Positions 54,648 to 62,561 of a stretch of DNA of 64,000 nucleotides are shown one piece after another (within the stretch, counting starts at the first letter, position 1; every line of letters starts with the position of its first letter). The position numbers were made by a program, and so were the translations under genes. Under the pieces are notes generated by a model, which saw nothing but the letters and a program-made list of their open reading frames with translations, searched no databases and had not been told where the DNA came from. The stretch lies in the NCBI GenBank assembly GCA_902761365.1, contig CACWJZ010000006.1, positions 24,371-88,370 of the forward strand, read 5' to 3'. This stretch comes from an uncultured Eubacteriales bacterium. GTDB taxonomy: Bacteria; Bacillota; Clostridia; Christensenellales; CAG-138.

Positions 54648-54735
54648 GGTGAGCCGGGGTGGGATTCTGCCCATGCCGCTGAAAACGCCGCATTGCGACG
54701 TTTTCTTAACGCGGCTTTGAATCCCTCCGTCTCCA
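54648..54735 (-). repeat. tRNA-3'-end-bracketed module, Ser locus unit 1 (type 1 core)
   Basis: Read on the minus strand, the antisense arm is TGGAGACGGAGGGATTCAAAGCC. The core is GCGTTAAGAAAACGTCGCaatGCGGCGTTTTCAGCGGCATGGGC. The sense arm is AGAATCCCACCCCGGCTCACC. Confidence 0.75.
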
Positions 54736-54741
54736 AAAGCC

Positions 54742-54777
54742 AAAAACAAAGGCCACCGCAAGGATGGCCTTTGTTTT
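54742..54777 (-). terminator. Intrinsic terminator of tRNA-Ser
   Basis: AAAAACAAAGGCCAtccttgcggTGGCCTTTGTTTTT, directly after the CCA end. Confidence 0.8.
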
Positions 54778-54866
54778 TGGCGGAGACGGTGGGATTCGAA
54801 CCCACGGAACATCGCTGTTCAACTGATTTCGAGTCAGCCCCGTTATGACCACTTCGATACGTCTCC
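54778..54866 (-). tRNA. tRNA-Ser (anticodon CGA), class II
   Basis: Acceptor GGAGACG/CGTCTCC, anticodon arm GCTGA-CTCGAAA-TCAGT, long variable arm, T arm GTGGG-TTCGAAT-CCCAC. CCA is encoded. Confidence 0.9.
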
Positions 54867-54902
54867 AGGCAGGGGGTAGTATACCGTATCGGTCAGAAAA
54901 AA

Positions 54903-55358
54903 TCAACGCTTTCTTTGAAAGAATTCTGAAAGCAGGGCAGCGCAGTCCGTTTCCAGGACCCCGCCCCAGGTCTCCACGGAGTGGTAGAACCAGTGATCCG
55001 TCAGGTCCACCCGGGAGCCGGTGCAACCGCAACTGTGGTCGAAGGCGCCGAACACCAGGCGCGGGAGCTTCATGAGCACCATGGCTCCGGCGCACATGGC
55101 GCAGGGCTCCATGGTCACGTACAGGGTGCAGCCGGTGAGGGAGCCGAGCTTTTGCTGGGCCGCCTGGAGGGCCAAAAGTTCCGCGTGTTGGGTGGGGTCG
55201 TTCTTTTGCCGGGACAGGTTATGGGCGTGGGCGACGATGGCCCCGTCCCTGACAATGACGGCCCCTACGGGCACCTCGTCCTCCGCCATGGCGGCCCGGG
55301 CTTCCTTGAGCGCCTCCTGCATCCAGCGCTCCTCATGATCGATACCATCGATCGTCAT
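54903..55358 (-). CDS. tadA: tRNA adenosine(34) deaminase TadA
   Basis: 151 aa with zinc motifs HAELLAL and TMEPCAMCAG. ATGA overlap with truA. Confidence 0.9.
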   Translation of the reverse strand: MTIDGIDHEERWMQEALKEARAAMAEDEVPVGAVIVRDGAIVAHAHNLSRQKNDPTQHAELLALQAAQQKLGSLTGCTLYVTMEPCAMCAGAMVLMKLPRLVFGAFDHSCGCTGSRVDLTDHWFYHSVETWGGVLETDCAALLSEFFQRKR

Positions 55359-56125
55359 TGGGCGAGCACCTCCTCCGTGTCGAAGTCGGGGTACTTGACC
55401 CGCCACAGCACCAGCCCGTGGGGCGGGGCCGTGGGGCCGGCGGCCTTGCGGGAGAGGGTAGAGAGGGCTTGCTCCATGCTGTCCTTCGGGATGCGGTCGC
55501 TGCCCATGCCCAGCATGGTGCCCACCAGGATGCGGACCATGTTGTACAGGAACCCGTTCCCCTGGACGGAATAGACCAAAAACTTTCCCTGCTTTTCCCA
55601 CCGGGAGAGGCTCACGGTGCGCACGGCGCTTTCCACCTCCCGGCCCGTGGACATGAAAGCGGAGAAATCATGGGTGCCCACAACCAGGGCGGCGGCCTCG
55701 TTCATGCGATCGAGGTCGAGGGGCATATAGGCATGGAGGGCATAGCGGCGGGCGAACACATCCGCGTGGGGACCTGTCTGCACGAAGTAGCGGTACTGTT
55801 TCTCCTTGGCGGAGAAGCGGGCGTGGAAGGCGGGATCGACCTCCTCGGAAAAGAGCACCCGGATGTCCGCGGGCAGGTGGGTGTTGAGCGCGATGGCAAA
55901 CTTGTCCGCTGCCATGCGGGCTTCCGTGTCGAAGTGGGCCACCTGGGCCCGGGCGTGGACGCCGGAGTCCGTGCGGCCGCTGCCCTGGAGGCTGGCATGC
56001 TCGCCGGTCACCTCCAGGATGGCCTGCTCCACTACCTGCTGCACGGCCACGCCGTTAGGCTGGGTCTGCCAGCCCACGTAGTCCGTGCCGTCGTATGCGA
56101 TTATGGTCCGGATGCGCCGCATCAC
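55355..56125 (-). CDS. truA: tRNA pseudouridine(38-40) synthase TruA
   Basis: IAYDGTDYVGWQTQPN, catalytic GSGRTDSGVHA, and NGFLYNMVRILVGT. Confidence 0.95.
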   Translation of the reverse strand: MMRRIRTIIAYDGTDYVGWQTQPNGVAVQQVVEQAILEVTGEHASLQGSGRTDSGVHARAQVAHFDTEARMAADKFAIALNTHLPADIRVLFSEEVDPAFHARFSAKEKQYRYFVQTGPHADVFARRYALHAYMPLDLDRMNEAAALVVGTHDFSAFMSTGREVESAVRTVSLSRWEKQGKFLVYSVQGNGFLYNMVRILVGTMLGMGSDRIPKDSMEQALSTLSRKAAGPTAPPHGLVLWRVKYPDFDTEEVLAQ

Positions 56126-56934
56126 AGGAGTCCCGGGACGAATCCCTGCACCAGTAAGATGACGGCGATGAAGGCCAGTGTCACCAGCGTGGCCATCAGA
56201 TCGTTGACGCCCAGCTTCAGCTGATGGAGCTTGGTCCGCCCCTCGCCGCCGTGATAGCAGCGGGACTCCATGGCCATGGCGAGCTCGTCCGCCCGCCGGA
56301 AGGCGGAGACGAATAGGGGGATCAGGATGGGGATCATGGCCTTAGCCCGGGCGATGATGTTCCCCGACTCGAAGTCGGCGCCCCGGGCCATCTGGGCCTT
56401 ACGGATCTTGTCGGCCTCCTCCATGAGGGTGGGGATAAACCGCAGGGCGATGGTCATCATCATGGCGAGCTCGTGGGCGGGGAACTTGAACACCTTGAGG
56501 GGCGAAAGCATCCGCTCAAGCCCGTCCGTCAGGGCGATGGGGGAGGTGGTCAATGTCATGATGGAGGCGCCGGTCACCAGCAGGATGAGCCGCAGGGAGA
56601 TATAGACCGCCTGCAGCAGCCCTTCCTTGGTGATGGTGATGAACCGCCAGGTGAACAGCACCGTTTCCCCGGGGGTGATGAACAGGTTCAGCAGGAACAT
56701 GAGCACCAGCAAAAAGCGGATGGGCTTGATGGCCTTGCCAAAGTAGCTGAAGGAGATATGGCCGAGAGCCAGGCACAGGAACACATACAGGAGCGGCACC
56801 AGGAACAGCGCCAGGGTCTTCACCAGGAACACCATGACGATATAGACCAGCATCAGCATGATCTTCGTCCGGGGGTCCAGCCGATGGATGCAGGAGTCGC
56901 CGGGGATGAATTGGCCCAACGTGATGTCCGTCAT
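56122..56934 (-). CDS. ecfT: ECF transporter transmembrane (T) component
   Basis: Polytopic, with the conserved ARG motif region (AQMARGADFESG). It follows the two EcfA genes. Confidence 0.9.
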   Translation of the reverse strand: MTDITLGQFIPGDSCIHRLDPRTKIMLMLVYIVMVFLVKTLALFLVPLLYVFLCLALGHISFSYFGKAIKPIRFLLVLMFLLNLFITPGETVLFTWRFITITKEGLLQAVYISLRLILLVTGASIMTLTTSPIALTDGLERMLSPLKVFKFPAHELAMMMTIALRFIPTLMEEADKIRKAQMARGADFESGNIIARAKAMIPILIPLFVSAFRRADELAMAMESRCYHGGEGRTKLHQLKLGVNDLMATLVTLAFIAVILLVQGFVPGLL

Positions 56935-57776
56935 ACCTTCAGCCTCCTCACTAAAAACGCTTCCAGGTCCTCCCGGGTGCAGATGTCGGCCGGCGCGTCG
57001 ACGCCGCCCTTGCGCAGCAGGGCCGCCACCCGGCAGGGAGCGGGCAGGGAGAGCCCCATCTCGGAGAGCTCGTCGCTGTGGGAAAAGACGGCCTTGGGCG
57101 TGTCCAGGTACATGACCTCGCCGTGGTTCATGACCAGGATGCGGTCCGCGTGTCGGGCCACGTCCTCCATGGAGTGGGAGACCATGATGATGCTGCAGCC
57201 GGTGTCCTGTCGGAGCTGTTCCAGCATGGCGAGGATGCTCTGCCGCCCCTGGGGGTCCAGACCCGCCATGGGCTCGTCCAGCACCAGGTACTTGGGCCGC
57301 ATGGCCAAAATGCCCGCCAGGGCCGCCCGCCGCTTTTCGCCGCCGGACAGCTCGAAGGGGGACTTTTCGGCGAATTTGTCCATGGACAGGCCCACCATGG
57401 TCATGGCTTCGCTGACTCGCAGGGCGATCTCATCCTCGCCGAGCTTCATGTTCTTGGGGCCAAAGGCCACGTCCTCCCGTACCGTGTCCGCGAAGAGCTG
57501 GTACTCCGGGTACTGGAACACCATGCCCACCCGGGCGCGGACGGCGGGGCGCTGCTTCTTGTCGGCCGTGTCGAGACCGTCCACCAGCACCCGGCCGGAG
57601 CTGGGGAGCAGCAGGCCGTTCAGGTGCTGGACCAGGGTGGTCTTGCCGCAGCCGGTGTGGCCGATGATGGACAAAAACTCGCCTTCGCGTATCTCTAAGG
57701 ACACATCCTTCACCGCGGGGACGGATGTGGTGCCGTCAAAATAGGTATGGCTGAGATGCTCTAAAACAATGGGCAT
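56931..57776 (-). CDS. ecfA2: ECF transporter ATPase EcfA2
   Basis: Walker A GHTGCGKTTL, signature LSGGEKRRAALAG, Walker B YLVLDEP. Confidence 0.9.
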   Translation of the reverse strand: MPIVLEHLSHTYFDGTTSVPAVKDVSLEIREGEFLSIIGHTGCGKTTLVQHLNGLLLPSSGRVLVDGLDTADKKQRPAVRARVGMVFQYPEYQLFADTVREDVAFGPKNMKLGEDEIALRVSEAMTMVGLSMDKFAEKSPFELSGGEKRRAALAGILAMRPKYLVLDEPMAGLDPQGRQSILAMLEQLRQDTGCSIIMVSHSMEDVARHADRILVMNHGEVMYLDTPKAVFSHSDELSEMGLSLPAPCRVAALLRKGGVDAPADICTREDLEAFLVRRLKV

Positions 57777-58582
57777 AGGGCCTCCGCAAGCTGGGTATCG
57801 GTCAAAACAGTGGGGGGGAGGGAGATGCCTTTTTCCGCCAGATCCTCCCGGATGCGCACGATCTCGGGCACGTCCAGGCCCAGCTGCCGCAGCTCCTCTC
57901 CACGGGAGAAGATCTTATCGGGCACATCGTCCATGACGATCTCGCCGCCGCTCATGACGACCAGCCGATCCGCCATGATCGCCTCCTCCATGTACTGGGT
58001 GATCATGATCACGGTCATGCCGTTCTTCCGGTTCAGCTCGTACACCGTTTGCAAGAGTTCCTCCCGGCCCCTGGGGTCCAGCATGGCGGTGGCTTCGTCC
58101 AGCACCAAGATCTTCGGCTCCATGGCCAGCATCCCGGCGATGGCGATCCGCTGCTTTTGGCCGCCGGAGAGCCGATGGGCGGCGCTGCCGGCGTAGGCGG
58201 TCATGCCCACCTTCTGCAGCGCTTCGTCCACCCGGACGCGGATCTCGGGGGAGGGGATGCCCAGATTTTCGGGCCCGAAGGCCACGTCCTCCTCCACGAT
58301 GGTGGTCACCAGCTGGTTGTCCGGGTTCTGGAAGACCATGCCCACCTGCTGCCGGATGGCTAGCAGATTGCTTTCCTCCTTCGTGTCGAGACCGTTCACC
58401 AGCACCTGCCCCTCCGAGGGGAGCAGGAGCCCATTGATGTGCTTTGACAGGGTGCTTTTGCCGCTGCCGTTGTGCCCGGCCACCACCAGAAAGATGCCGT
58501 CCGGGATCGTCAAATCGACCCCCTTGAGGGCCTCCGGGGCTTCCTCGTCGTATCTGAACCTGACGCCTTTGAATTCGATCAT
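57761..58582 (-). CDS. ecfA1: ECF transporter ATPase EcfA1
   Basis: Walker A GHNGSGKSTL, signature LSGGQKQRIAIAG, Walker B ILVLDEA. Confidence 0.9.
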   Translation of the reverse strand: MIEFKGVRFRYDEEAPEALKGVDLTIPDGIFLVVAGHNGSGKSTLSKHINGLLLPSEGQVLVNGLDTKEESNLLAIRQQVGMVFQNPDNQLVTTIVEEDVAFGPENLGIPSPEIRVRVDEALQKVGMTAYAGSAAHRLSGGQKQRIAIAGMLAMEPKILVLDEATAMLDPRGREELLQTVYELNRKNGMTVIMITQYMEEAIMADRLVVMSGGEIVMDDVPDKIFSRGEELRQLGLDVPEIVRIREDLAEKGISLPPTVLTDTQLAEALCPLF

Positions 58583-58702
58583 GCCGTTTCCTCCAAAATC
58601 AGTTTATTATACCAATACCCTGCCGGTAAAACAAGTATAAAATAAAGGGTGACCGAATGCGGAACAAATGGTATACTCTATAGAGACGAAGGGGGTGGAT
58701 AT

Positions 58703-60049
58703 ATGCGTACGCTGCTGAAGAACGTGGACACCGTGATCTCCTGCGACAGGGAGGATCAAGTGTACCGGTATACGGACGTTTGGTTTCGGGACGGGGTCAT
58801 TGAGAGGATCGGCGCGGGGGAAGGGAAGCCGGATGAGGTGTTTGATTGTACCGGGATGATCCTTTATCCCGGGTTCGTCAACACCCATCATCATCTCTAT
58901 CAGTATTTCACCCGGAGCCTTGCCAAGGTCCAGGGCATGGAGCTCTTCGACTGGCTTCGGACCCTGTATGAGATATGGAAGAATCTGAACGGGGACACAG
59001 TGTATCTCTCCTCCATGGCCGCCATGGGGGAGCTCATGCGCTACGGATGCACCACCTGCTTCGACCACCACTACGTGTTCCCCCGGGGCGCCGGGGATCT
59101 GATCGCCCGGCAGATGGAGGCGGCGGACAGTTTGGGCATTCGCTTTGTGGCCTCTCGGGGCAGCATGGACCTGTCCAAGAAGGACGGGGGCCTGCCCCCG
59201 GACAGCGTGGTCCAGACCATCGACGAGATCATGACGGACAGCCAGCGGCTCATAGAAAGGTATCATCATCCCGACAAGGACCATATGCACGACATCGTCC
59301 TGGCCCCCTGCTCGCCCTTCTCCGTCAGCGGGGAGCTGATGCGGGAGAGTGCCAAACTGGCCCGGGCCTACGGCGTGCGCCTCCACACCCACGTGGGGGA
59401 GACGAAGGACGAGGAGGACTACACCCTGTCCCGCTTCGGCATGCGGCCCGTAGCCTACATGGAATCCCTGGGCTGGATGGGGCCGGACGTGTGGTACGCC
59501 CACGGCATCCATATGAACGACGGGGAGCTGGACCTGCTGGCCGCCACGGGCACGGGCGTAGCCCACTGCCCCAACTCCAACATGAAGCTGCACAGCGGCG
59601 TCTGCCGGGTGCCGGACATGCTCTCTCGCGGGGTGAAGGTGGGCCTGGCGGTGGACGGCTCTGCCAGTAACGACGGCAGCAACATGATGGACGAGGTGCG
59701 GACGGCCTTCCTGCTCCATCGCCTCACCTGGGGCGAGCAGGCGCCTGCGGGCTATGAGCTGCTGAAGCTGGCCACGGCGGGCAGCGCTTCCCTTCTTGGT
59801 CGGAGGGACATCGGCAGCATCGAGGCAGGGAAGCGAGCCGACTGTTTTCTCATCCACAAAGAACAGCCTGATCTTCTCTGCGCGGAGCTGGACCCCAAAG
59901 ACCTGTTCGGGAACGTGGGCTACCACAAGCCCTGCGATTACGTGTTCGTGAACGGCGGGCTCACCGTCCAGGCGGGGCGGCTGCTGGGGGTCGATGAGGA
60001 GCGGCTGTACCGCGAGGGCAGGAGGGAGATCGACCGTCTGCTGGGCTAA
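58703..60049 (+). CDS. Amidohydrolase-superfamily deaminase (8-oxoguanine deaminase / chlorohydrolase-like)
   Basis: Start at MRTLLKNV. Contains the metal motif GFVNTHHHLYQ and the LFDWLRTLYEIW segment I associate with 8-oxoguanine deaminases. HTHVGET and AVDGSASND are also present. Confidence 0.6.
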   Translation: MRTLLKNVDTVISCDREDQVYRYTDVWFRDGVIERIGAGEGKPDEVFDCTGMILYPGFVNTHHHLYQYFTRSLAKVQGMELFDWLRTLYEIWKNLNGDTVYLSSMAAMGELMRYGCTTCFDHHYVFPRGAGDLIARQMEAADSLGIRFVASRGSMDLSKKDGGLPPDSVVQTIDEIMTDSQRLIERYHHPDKDHMHDIVLAPCSPFSVSGELMRESAKLARAYGVRLHTHVGETKDEEDYTLSRFGMRPVAYMESLGWMGPDVWYAHGIHMNDGELDLLAATGTGVAHCPNSNMKLHSGVCRVPDMLSRGVKVGLAVDGSASNDGSNMMDEVRTAFLLHRLTWGEQAPAGYELLKLATAGSASLLGRRDIGSIEAGKRADCFLIHKEQPDLLCAELDPKDLFGNVGYHKPCDYVFVNGGLTVQAGRLLGVDEERLYREGRREIDRLLG

Positions 60050-60334
60050 GCACAAGGGATTGTCACCCGTTCATGGCATGGACACAACATGTTGAATGAG
60101 CCATGACGGAAAATTGAATGACCCATGACGCGAATATGAACGCTCCTTAAACAATGTTCATAGTTACTCACGGCCATTCAAAAACTATACACATCGGACT
60201 GAATAGATTCTCCATAGGATGAATATCCAAAATGGCGGCGGCCTGCCTTTTGGGGGCCGTCGTTTGTTTTGTCCACACCATTTATTCACCGTATACCCAA
60301 AATGGGTCCAAGATGTTGTATTCATTTCGGGCGG

Positions 60335-60363
60335 TTGACACAAAATATGGCAGTGGGTATACT
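60335..60363 (+). promoter_or_regulatory. Sigma-A-type promoter of nrdD
   Basis: TTGACA (60335-60340), a 17-nt spacer, then TATACT (60358-60363). It lies 31 nt upstream of the ATG. Confidence 0.6.
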
Positions 60364-60394
60364 TCGTGCTGTAAGGACAGTTTGGGAGGGGCCT

Positions 60395-62506
60395 ATGATT
60401 CGACAGATCAAAAAGCGGGACGGCCGCATCGAATCCTTCGATCAGGAAAAGATCAAAAACGCCATCTGGAAGGCGGCCAAGGCCGTAGGCGGCACCAATG
60501 AAGCCATCGCGGAGGACCTGGCCGATCAGGTGGTCCAGGTCGTTTCCGACCGCTTCACGGACGCCATCCCCGAGGTGGAGGACATCCAGGACGCGGTGGA
60601 GAAGGTGCTCATCGAGAACGGCCACGCCAAGACCGCCAAGGCCTACATCCTCTATCGGGAGAAGCGTCGCGCCACCCGGGAGATCAACGCCATGATCGGC
60701 GCCACCATCGACATGTTCGCCGATTATCTGGACGACAAGGACTGGGGCACCAAGGAAAACGCCAACATGCAGCGGAGCGTCAACGGCCTCAACAACTACG
60801 TCCGCGAGTCCTTCACCAAGAAATACTGGCTCTACAAGGTCTACCCCGAGGACGTGCGCAAGGCCCACGAATCCGGCGACGCCCACATCCACGATCTGGG
60901 GTTCTTCGGTCCCTACTGCGCGGGCTGGGATCTTCGCCAGCTCCTCATGGACGGCTTCGGCGGCGTGGAGGGCAAGGTGGAATCAAGCCCCGCCAAGCAC
61001 CTTCGCTCGTTCCTGGGTCAGGTGGTCAACTCCACCTTCACCACCCAGGGTGAGACCGCGGGCGCCCAGGCCTGGTCCTCCTTCGACACCTACTGCGCCC
61101 CCTTCATCTACTACGACCATATGACCTTCGAGCAGGTGAAGCAGTGCCTGCAGGAGTTCGTGTTCAACATCAACGTGCCCACCCGGGTGGGCTTCCAGTG
61201 CCCCTTCTCCAACCTGACCTTCGACATCAAGGTGCCCCGCACCCTCCGGGAGGAGCCCGTCATCATCGGCGGGGAATACATGGACAGGACCTACGGGGAC
61301 TTCCAGAAGGAGATGGACCTCTTCAACCAGGCCTTCTGCGCCGTCATGCTGGAGGGGGATTCCAAGGGCCGGGTATTCACGTTCCCCATCCCCACCATCA
61401 ACATCACCAGGGACTTCGACTGGAACAGCCCCGTGGTCAACAGCTTCATGGAGATCACCTGCAAGTACGGCATCCCCTACTTCGCCAACTACGTGAACTC
61501 CGACCTCTCGCCGGAGGATGCGGTGAGCATGTGCTGCCGGCTCAGGCTCGACAAGCGGGAGCTCCGCAAGCGGGGCGGCGGCCTCTTCGGCAGCAACCCC
61601 ATGACGGGCAGCATCGGCGTATACACCGTGAACCTGCCCCGGATCGGGTATCTGGCGACGAACAAAGAGGACTTCTTCGCCCGTCTTCGGCGGGTGGCGG
61701 AGCTGGGCAAGGTGAGCCTGGAGATCAAGCGCAAGATCATCGAGCACCAGACGGACCGGGGCTTGTACCCCTATTCTGCCCACTACCTCCGCAACGTGAA
61801 GGCGCGGACCGGGGAATACTGGTACAACCACTTCAACACCATCGGCCTCGTGGGCATGAACGAAGCATGCCTCAACTTCCTGGGCAAGGACATCGGCAGC
61901 AAGGAGGGCCTTGCATTCTCCCTGGAAGTCATGCACTTCCTCCGGGATCTCATGGTGGAGTTCCAGCAGGAGACGGGCCACAGCTACAACCTGGAGGCTA
62001 CGCCCGCCGAGGGCACCAGCTACCGCCTGGCGCGTCTCGACAAGGAGAAGTACCCCAACATCATCCAGAGCGGCCACGACGAGCCCCAGTACACCAACAG
62101 CACCCAGCTGCCCGTGACCTATACCGACGACATCTTTGAGTGCATGGATCTGCAGGACGAGCTGCAGTCCCTGTACACCGGCGGCACGGTCCAGCACCTG
62201 TATTTGGGGGAGCGGATCAACGACGTGGAGACCGTGAAGGACCTCATCAAGACCATCTTCACCAAGTACAAGATGCCCTACATCTCCATCACGCCCACCT
62301 TCTCCATCTGCGAGGAGCACGGCTACATCTCCGGCGAGCACTTCTCCTGCCCGGAGTGCGGCAAGCCCACGGAGGTCTGGAGCCGGGTGGTTGGCTACCT
62401 TCGCCCCGTGCAGAACTTCAACGCCGGGAAGAAGGAGGAGTACGTGCTCCGCAAGAAGTTCGTCCTGGACGAGAGCGAGCTGGAGCACGAGCAGAAAGCC
62501 TGCTGA
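60395..62506 (+). CDS. nrdD: Anaerobic ribonucleoside-triphosphate reductase NrdD (class III)
   Basis: Start at MIRQIKKRDGRIESF (ATP-cone). Active-site CCRLRLD, a C-terminal Zn ribbon (CPECG) and the glycyl-radical motif RVVGYLRP. Confidence 0.95.
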   Translation: MIRQIKKRDGRIESFDQEKIKNAIWKAAKAVGGTNEAIAEDLADQVVQVVSDRFTDAIPEVEDIQDAVEKVLIENGHAKTAKAYILYREKRRATREINAMIGATIDMFADYLDDKDWGTKENANMQRSVNGLNNYVRESFTKKYWLYKVYPEDVRKAHESGDAHIHDLGFFGPYCAGWDLRQLLMDGFGGVEGKVESSPAKHLRSFLGQVVNSTFTTQGETAGAQAWSSFDTYCAPFIYYDHMTFEQVKQCLQEFVFNINVPTRVGFQCPFSNLTFDIKVPRTLREEPVIIGGEYMDRTYGDFQKEMDLFNQAFCAVMLEGDSKGRVFTFPIPTINITRDFDWNSPVVNSFMEITCKYGIPYFANYVNSDLSPEDAVSMCCRLRLDKRELRKRGGGLFGSNPMTGSIGVYTVNLPRIGYLATNKEDFFARLRRVAELGKVSLEIKRKIIEHQTDRGLYPYSAHYLRNVKARTGEYWYNHFNTIGLVGMNEACLNFLGKDIGSKEGLAFSLEVMHFLRDLMVEFQQETGHSYNLEATPAEGTSYRLARLDKEKYPNIIQSGHDEPQYTNSTQLPVTYTDDIFECMDLQDELQSLYTGGTVQHLYLGERINDVETVKDLIKTIFTKYKMPYISITPTFSICEEHGYISGEHFSCPECGKPTEVWSRVVGYLRPVQNFNAGKKEEYVLRKKFVLDESELEHEQKAC

Positions 62507-62520
62507 GGATCGAAACACAC

Positions 62521-62550
62521 AAAGAGCCGGGGGAGGAACCCGGCTCTTTT
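62521..62550. terminator. Bidirectional intrinsic terminator
   Basis: AAAGAGCCGGGggaggaaCCCGGCTCTTTT, lying between convergent genes. Confidence 0.85.
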
Positions 62551-62561
62551 GCTGCATTTTA

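Noticed and set aside
54396-55095. ORFs of 78-150 aa on both strands around tRNA-Ser, plus the 5' extension of ORF 53294..54565
   Set aside because: They are built from the tRNA-like modules and the tRNA-Ser gene. The DUF6273-like gene has a clear RBS and signal peptide at the internal Met (54334).
60275-60353. NrdR boxes upstream of nrdD
   Set aside because: ACACCATTTATTCACC and ACACAAAATATGGCAG match only the left half of the palindromic consensus as I remember it (about 9-11 of 16 positions). They are not spaced as a typical tandem pair. The evidence is not good enough to annotate.
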